From the human T2T-CHM13v2.0 reference genome, Homo sapiens, in NCBI RefSeq assembly GCF_009914755.1, contig NC_060933.1: DNA of 64,000 bases; one strand, given 5' to 3'. Below the pieces are notes generated by a model that saw only the letters and a program-made list of their open reading frames with translations, was not told the DNA's origin and made no database searches. Shown here one piece after another: positions 55,293 through 64,000 of the stretch. Within the stretch, counting starts at the first letter, position 1; each line of letters begins with the position of its first letter. Position numbers and translations under genes: made by a program.

Positions 55293-56932
55293 GTTCGCTA
55301 ATCCAGGTTTCTTTGCACTCTGCCATGCCCACCTCTATAATTATTTGTAGTTCCTTGAAAAAGAGGAAAAAGGGCCCAGGATCTAGGAGCCAGAGGGCCA
55401 GCTCTAACTCCCCCTTACCCCTTATGCTGGGCAAGCCACCGCCCCTCCCTGAGACTTGGTTTCTGTGTCTGTGAAATGGGAGTGCCTTCAGAGGTCTTGT
55501 CATGGATTCTTGTGACACCAGGGGAGGGGACCCCCTCGGACACCTGTGGGGTCAGCAAAGGCTTACTCCAGATGGGCTCCCCGGCTCCCTGCCCCTCGCT
55601 AACGTCTCCCACCTCAGGCCTGGGTGCACTCCAGGCTCTTGGCCCACCTCAGGTGGATGGGGGACAAAGTTGCTCTTGCCACCTGACTGGCCCTTACGTG
55701 GTGCTCAGAGCTGCAAATAGGGCCCCTCTCTTCTGCCTGAGCCTCAGTGCTGACCCTTCAGCCCAGGTCTCGGAGCTGGGCCCTCCCTGTCTTGCTGCTT
55801 TGGCCTAAGTGACCCCCTCCACTGTTCTAATCCGAGTCTAACCCAGCTTCCCTGATGCACCCACAGTCCACCTGCATGTCTACGAGTCCCGTGTCACTGT
55901 CACTATTCACTGTGCCCTGCCTACCAGCCCACATGGGCATCCTGCTACCTCAAACCAGACCCATGGCTCTGGCCCAAGTGTGGCCCGCCAGCCCCTTGTC
56001 TATTTGTGCAGTACCCGAGCGGGCCTCCTGCCTGCCCGGTTGGACAACCAAGAGCTGGCAGCTGAGTCTGTCCACATGGAGTCGGCTCCACGTTACCCCA
56101 GCACAGCTGGGCCAGGGGTCTCCCCGTCCTGGCCCACGCATCCAGCCCTTCTGCAGCAGCAAGTCAGCAAGCCCCTTGGTGACCTGCCACAGGGAGAGGG
56201 TTCTCAGAAGAATCCTAACAGCTACATGTATTGGGTGCTTACCATGTGCCAGACGAGAGTCCAAGCACCTTCCACAGACGAACAAATTAATCCTCACCAC
56301 AGCCCCCTGGGGTAGGTGCTAGCACTAGTCCCGCTGTGCAGCTTAAAGCCACAGCCCAGAACGCATACATGACTCACCCAAGTCTGCACAGCTAGTAAAT
56401 GGCATGATCAGACTCAACAGTGCACCTCCAGGACCCACACTCCCAATCTCTACACAGACAGCTAAAGAGTCTGGCCCTGGGACTTCCAGAGGGAAGCTGC
56501 TTGGCATCCACCATGCACCATCCAGCTTACGCCGCCTACCCTTCTTGACTCAGATTCTGCCTGCCAACAACAATCTGCAAGGAATCCCATTCCTCCTTGA
56601 GGTTGGTGCCCACCAGGGTGGCCTTTCTCATGAAAGAAATAAACCCTAGGCCTCTGAACACTCAGCCCCACCCACGGGGGCCCCTCTGGCATGAGGTTTC
56701 CTGCCCCCTACCCCAAGTCCCCTCCAGCCCACAGTCCATTTGGCATTTGTTCTCCCCAGCTTTGTTGGAATCATATCCAGCCATGTCTCATCACAGCTGC
56801 AACCCTGGCCCCAGCACCTGACCTGTTCCCAGGCCTCATAACCTTGTTAAAACAAAATTGGCCAATCACATCCAAACACACCAAGAAGCCACTCTTCCCA
56901 CCACACACTCCTATCTCTCTCTCTCTCCCTCA

Positions 56933-57142
<210 letters not shown>

Positions 57143-58044
57143 TCAAATGCCAACTCCACGTTCTGAGCTCAGCCACCAAGCTGAGTTAGTCCATGCCTGT
57201 GCCAAGGCCCACAAGGGGCTCATGAACACTTCCAGTGTTGAAAGGGCAGAGTCAGCTTGGTGGAACGAGACAGTTGTCCAGAATCAACAATTCTTCCCAG
57301 GAGAGGAGGTGGGCAGGACTCAGTGCAACTTCACAAGAATCCAAACTTTGCTCCCTCTGGCCTGCATGTTGCCCTCACCCAGCTCCAGTTGGCCAGAGAC
57401 CCCACACTCCTCAGTGCAGGGATGGAGGGTCCGTAACCAAAAGCAAGGCAGAAATAAGTGTCTTCTTGCCAAGAGAATGGAAAGAACGGTTTCTGATTTC
57501 TGTGCTCTTAAACCACAAAGGTAGAATCACAGAAACAAGGGTTAAGAGGAATCTGGGAGATCATCCATTCCAAATCCTCATTTCACAGATGAATAAACTG
57601 AGGCTCAAGGGGAGGAGGGCTTTACCCACCACCAACAGGGAAGAATACCAATTGGGGTGGGTCACCATGAATTCCCACCCTAATCCAATATGGCAAACTA
57701 ACTGAGCCACCATTTGGCAAGTGTTTTTGAATTCTAGAAGCAGGTAAACACCTGTATGCTGAAAACCACAGGGTGCACATATCTAATTTACCAAGTCCAC
57801 ACCAACCATGTGTATTTAGCCCATGAGTCACGCTCCTTTCTTTAAGCCATTTCACGAAATCAGAGTTTGCAATGAGTCATTTCCTTGTCATCCAAGCCAC
57901 TGTCAGAATGGTCTCCAGAGAAGGCAGCAAAGGCACCAACCTGGATCTTTCAACTGAAGGATAGACTAAATTATAAGCATGAGTGACAAGTCTCTTCCTC
58001 CCACCCCACCCCAGGGCCTATTTTCAGGTAAAGAAAATATATGC

Positions 58045-58656
<612 letters not shown>

Positions 58657-58984
58657 TTATGTGGGGAGTTTCCTCCAGGACGCTGGCATTGCTGATGGAG
58701 GACACACCCATGTTGGTCCAGGGTTATGTCCTTGTCAGGGAGGGACACAGAAGCAAGCAGTCTTCTGGAAGGAGCTGCAGGCACCCTGAGTAAAATGATG
58801 AGGACTGAGCCACTGGGAGGGAAACCAAAGGAGCCACTGGGTGGCAGGCAGAAGGGGCTGGGACTCAGGCACATTCCTGGTGTCTTTCCCTTCAAATCAG
58901 AGATTACTTCCTGGGCAGCTAAAGTTTTGACTGGGGGTGATGGCAGCAGCGAGTCCAGGAGGTGCTGCAGGCCCAGGCTCTAGA

Positions 58985-59437
58985 TGATTCGTGCTGAGGA
59001 CAGCATGTCCAGAGTTCCCCAGGGCTCTTTGATCCTCATTCATCAAAGGCTGGTTCTGAAACATGTGGAGAAGAGCACAGGCCCAAAGCAAGCCCAGGTC
59101 CTTCTAAGGGAGAAGAACAAGGCCAGGGGGACAGGCTTACCAGGCATCAGGAATCGCTACAGAGCTACAGTAATTAAGACAGGGTGGTATTGGCACAGGG
59201 GTAGATAAATAGGCCAATGAAACAGAATCCAGTCCAGACCCTGGTCCGTGCACATATGGAACCGTGATATATGAAGGAGATGGTGTACAAATCAGCAGGA
59301 AAGGATGGACTCTTTAATAAACAGAGCAGGGGTAACTGGTTATCCATTCAGAAACAGGGGAAAAAAGAAATTGGATCTTCACACCAGACACAAAAATCAA
59401 TTCCAGGTGGATTAGAGACCTAAATGTGGAAGGCAAA
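58985..59437 (+). mobile_element. Old L1M ORF2 fragment
   Basis: The translation ...EKNKARGTGLPGIRNRYRATVIKTGWYWHRGR resembles L1 ORF2 (YYKATVIKTVWYW). Confidence 0.8.
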
Positions 59438-59739
59438 GGCATCCAACGTGGCGAGCTCTAGGTCCAGCCAAAAATCCTTGGGAACAAGTCTGCCCTTCAT
59501 GGAAGGAAGAGTGCCTTTTCTGGCCTGGGATGCTCACGCAGAGTTCCTGCTCACTGTGGGGTTAGTGGTGGGACCCAGTCATCCTGCTGCCCTGTCTCAG
59601 TGCCTCCTCCTCCAAGAAGTCTTTCATAACCACCATTCCCCAGGAAGTGTGAGTCCCACCCTCATTCTGCTGGCCCCGCCAAGTGGTGCCAGAACAATAA
59701 CAACCACAGTCTTCACAATTGCATCAAAATCTCACACTC

Positions 59740-59955
59740 ACTGAGCATTCACTCTGTACCAGGAGCTTTAGCTGTACTATCCCATTTAATCCTCACAGTC
59801 ACCCCTTGAAGCAGGCTCTATGACATCCCCATTTTACAGATGAAGAAACTGAGGCTTTTATGATAGCGCAGGAATGACTTGCCTAACTAAGTTCATACAG
59901 CTTCTAGGTGCCCAAGCCAGGATTCAAACCTGGGTCCTTCTGACTCCAAAACCTT
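59740..59955 (-). mobile_element. MIR SINE
   Basis: ccccattttacagatgaagaaactgaggct...ccaggattcaaacctggg. Confidence 0.8.
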
Positions 59956-61276
59956 GACAATGACCCTAATGATCTTTATACTCTCAGTACCTGATCCATT
60001 AAAACACAGTGAAATCAACTTGCTGGTCCCAACATTTTTATAAATGAAACTGAAAAAAAAATATCCAAGGGTCTCCCACATAGAAAGGATAAGTCCTGTT
60101 TTGTGAATCTTTGTTTCCCATGTCAGTGGGTATGTGTGTACGAGGTAGAGATTAAGATGTACTTCTTGATCTAGGTTACAGCCAGCAAAGTTTGGAAAAT
60201 ACTGCTTCATTCCATGCAGCAAGAGCTATTGGAAAAAGGTTGCTGTCTAGACTTCCTCTTCTGTAGAACAAGACTTGGTCGTGGCATTAGCCTCCTAATT
60301 TTCTGAGAATGAATCGGGCATGAATTTAGAATTCCACTCACTGGAAGCAACTCCTTCAGTTCATTGCTGTGTGCAAAGACGGCAGGTCAAAATGCCTCTG
60401 ACAAGGGTCTTTTCCTAGATGGCATCTTCTAGAGTTTCTGGGCCCCCAGGGGTAGGTCCCAGTTCCGCCCTCCTCTCTGTGTTCCCGAATGCCCTAGTGA
60501 ATGGTGGGCGTGCATTCGTTCAACCTTTACTGAGCCCTGTTGTGTGCAACATGATGTGTGAAGACCAGACACACTCTTTGACCCTCACCCACAAACACCA
60601 AGAGAAGACACATTGGCCCAGAAATTCCATCCAAGAGGGACAAGAGCACAGAGTCATTAATGTATATGGGGCGTGAAGTGGTCAGGAAGGGTTTCTTGGT
60701 GCAGGCTGTATTTAACCTGGGAGTGAACAATCCCTAACTCCCAAGACTGAGAACAGCCGAAGTCAGGCTCAGAGGTAATAGGACAAGAGTGACCCAGAAA
60801 CAGGGCACATGCAATAGTTAGAGGGGGTGCAAGCGTAAAGGGGAAAGATGGAATGGTAGACTAGCTGGAACTCGATTGTGAAGGGCTTGCACAATGAACA
60901 CTGGGTGAATGAAGGAAGGAGTGCTCTTCCTAGGGCCAGGCAGCATCCCAGCCAAGAGTCAGCATCCCTGCACCCCTCCCCAGCCCACCCTGGGGCCTGG
61001 CACATTCCTAGACCTCAGCCTCTTCTCTCTGACATGGGCTGGGCTGCTGGGTCTGCAAGGGAATGCCTTTACTTCCCCCAAGAAAGCAGAGCCAACCTGG
61101 GTTTAAAAGAACCACAAAAAGGGTGGTCAACAGGGATATATCCTGCCCCTTACATATTTAATTTCCAGATGGAAGAGGCTTATGTTGCTATTTGATTTTT
61201 GTTTTAGTCAACAAATTCAGTATCAAACAAAGCTCGTTCAGCCACTTCAAAAGTTAGGTTTGGATCATCTTTTTAA

Positions 61277-61878
<602 letters not shown>

Positions 61879-61989
61879 TAGTTTTGGTGTTTAATTGTTC
61901 CCTAAGTCCTCATCACCGTTTGTCCTTTTGAGGTGTCCGTGATTTTTAAAGGCAACTGCATTCTCCCCAATCTCTTGGGTTCCCTGGAA

Positions 61990-62325
61990 CATTGCTACAC
62001 CACAGCTCCTCAGCCATTCCAGACACTGTCCTACCTCCGCCTGGAGGGTCCCTCTCACTCCGTGACTTAGAGAACTCTTACATTATCCACAAGACCCAGT
62101 TCACATGTCACCTCCTTGGTGGAGCCATTCCTGAACTCCACACTCCTACAAAGAAACAATCTCTCCCTTGTCTATGCTTCCATACTTGGTGGCTTTTTGC
62201 ACAGACCTCCATTATCACCATGTAGAGTGGCTGTTTGTCTATCTCCCTCCAGGTTGCCTTGACAGTGTGGAACATGGAACATCCTTAGTGCCCCCTAAGT
62301 GCTTGTTGAATGAATGAATGAATAA
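61990..62325 (+). mobile_element. L2 3' fragment
   Basis: Ends gtgcttgttgaatgaatgaatgaa. Confidence 0.65.
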
Positions 62326-62944
62326 TGGTTCAGTAGCATGTTATGAGCTACAACACTCAAAAATTAACTGGGAAGTGTTTGAACAAGAGCACTAAGTGAT
62401 ACGCTAACATCCCCTTCCCTCCTTCCACCTCTACCCCACATCGAGTCAGGTCACCAGAAAGCCACATCCCTATCCAACATATTAAAGCCCCTGGGTGGTG
62501 CTTTCACCAGTCTCTGATGGAATATCAGGCATTCAACACTTTTACGAGGCAAAAAAAGAAAACAGCCATAAAAAGAAGATTGTTTAAAACCTCTGGGGAC
62601 ACTGCCCACTAGAATATTCAAATTCCTTATCAATCCCTCCTACAATTCAACACCAGTAAAGTGTTTCCCCTGGTGAGTCATTAATCTGCCTCTGACTAAA
62701 CAACAAGAACACTGGAAACCACTGCATGTCTCTTTTGGCTTTGACTGCCAGGAAACTCGGTCAAATTCAGTGTTCAACCACCATAAGCACATCATTGCTG
62801 GCTCCTGCCACAATGATCTTCCCCTTTTCTCTATGTAATTTCTGAACTTTTTTTCCAAACTTAACTTAGATACACATACTTGCTTATTTTGCAGGCCACC
62901 TCAAGTTCTTTGTGAAAGTGAAGGCTGGGAAAGGTGAACTGACA

Positions 62945-63085
62945 GAAAAAGAAAGATGGAAGGAAGGAAGGAAGAAGGAAGGAAGGAGGAAGGAAGGAAG
63001 GAAGAAAGGAAGGAAGGAAGGAAGGAAGGAAGGAAGGAAGGATGGATGAGAGAGAGAGAGAGAGAAAGAAAGAGAAGAGGAAAGG
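62945..63085. repeat. (GGAA)n/(GA)n polypurine repeat
   Basis: Directly visible; 8 uninterrupted GGAA units at 63008-63039. Confidence 0.96.
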
Positions 63086-63486
63086 AATTCCTGGTGCCTC
63101 TTTTCCTGGTAACAACGGCATTCTACTTCCATTTCTCAGTTTTTTCGAAGCCAAAGGCTGAGTGGCGGGGTGCAGAGGTACACACGCAGTCACAGATGTG
63201 TAAGTGTGTTGGTGCACCTACATACTTGGGTACATTGCCCCCGCCAACCCCAGCCCCTAAGAATCACAGGCAACAGCTGTGTTCTACATTTCCTACTTTT
63301 TCTGAGCCCTTGGGGTTCTTTCTTAGGATGTCATTTTAGGCTTCTTCTCCCTCTTCATCAGGGCACCCTGGTGCTGTCCTTGACCATGACCCAGGAACAG
63401 AAATGAACTGAAGTCAGCAATTCACAGATTTCCCACTGCAATGCAACCATTGGGATAAAACTTCCTCTGCCTGCTGCCACAGAATC

Positions 63487-63775
63487 TTTCTTTTTGAGAC
63501 AGAGTCTCGCTCTGTTGCCCAGGCTGGAGTGAAATGGTGCAATCTCGGCTCACTGCAACCTCCACCTCCCTGTTTCAGTGATTCTCCCGTCTCAACCTCC
63601 TGAGTAGCTGGGATCACAGGCACCCACCACCATGCCCAGCTCATTTTTGTATTTTGAGTAGAGATGGGGTTTCACCATGTTAGTCAGGTTGGTCTTGAAC
63701 TTCTGACCTCAGATGATCCACCCACCTCAGCCTCCCAGAGTGCTGGGATTTACAGGCATGAGACACCACACCCAG
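63487..63775 (-). mobile_element. AluS; TSD ~ctgccacaga(a/c)tctt
   Basis: Alu consensus flanked by a direct repeat. Confidence 0.95.
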
Positions 63776-63967
63776 CTGCCACAGACTCTTATAAGACCTC
63801 AAGGTCAAGACCACCAGCTCAAGGTGTGTGCACCATCCTCACAGACACCATGTTCTAGATGATGGAACAGCTTGTCCTCTGAAATATCAGAACTATAATA
63901 GAAGGACAGTCAGGGTCATCTTTCCCAACATAGAAAAACTGAGGTACAGGGATAGGGATGGATGTCC

Positions 63968-64000
63968 TTTTTTTTTTTTTTTTTTTTTTTTTGAGACAAG
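63968..64000 (-). mobile_element. Alu tail cut by the window edge
   Basis: Poly-T followed by gagaca. Confidence 0.8.

Overview
This is human (primate) genomic DNA lying entirely inside the PAX5 gene (chr9p13), which is transcribed on the minus strand. The window holds part of intron 6 (57092-64000), coding exon 7 (56962-57091, 130 nt), intron 7 (15709-56961, ~41.3 kb), coding exon 8 (15607-15708, 102 nt) and part of intron 8 (1-15606). Intron 7 hosts the MIR4476 hairpin (27070-27139, minus strand). The rest is intronic: about 16 Alu/FLAM elements, old L1M/L2/MIR fragments, several MaLR and ERVL solo LTRs, a full-length Tigger1 carrying four nested insertions, hAT-like relics, (GGAT)n, (GGAA)n and (CA)n microsatellites, and several repeat-free TAAT/POU-rich blocks that look like conserved enhancers. 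Nearly all ORFs in the supplied track are spurious. I see no new protein-coding system. The best leads are RNA-level: inverted Alu pairs bracketing both exons, a UG tract upstream of the symmetric exon 8, and a miRNA stem that would fold better on the antisense strand. Repeat subfamily names and boundaries come from recognition by eye and are approximate.
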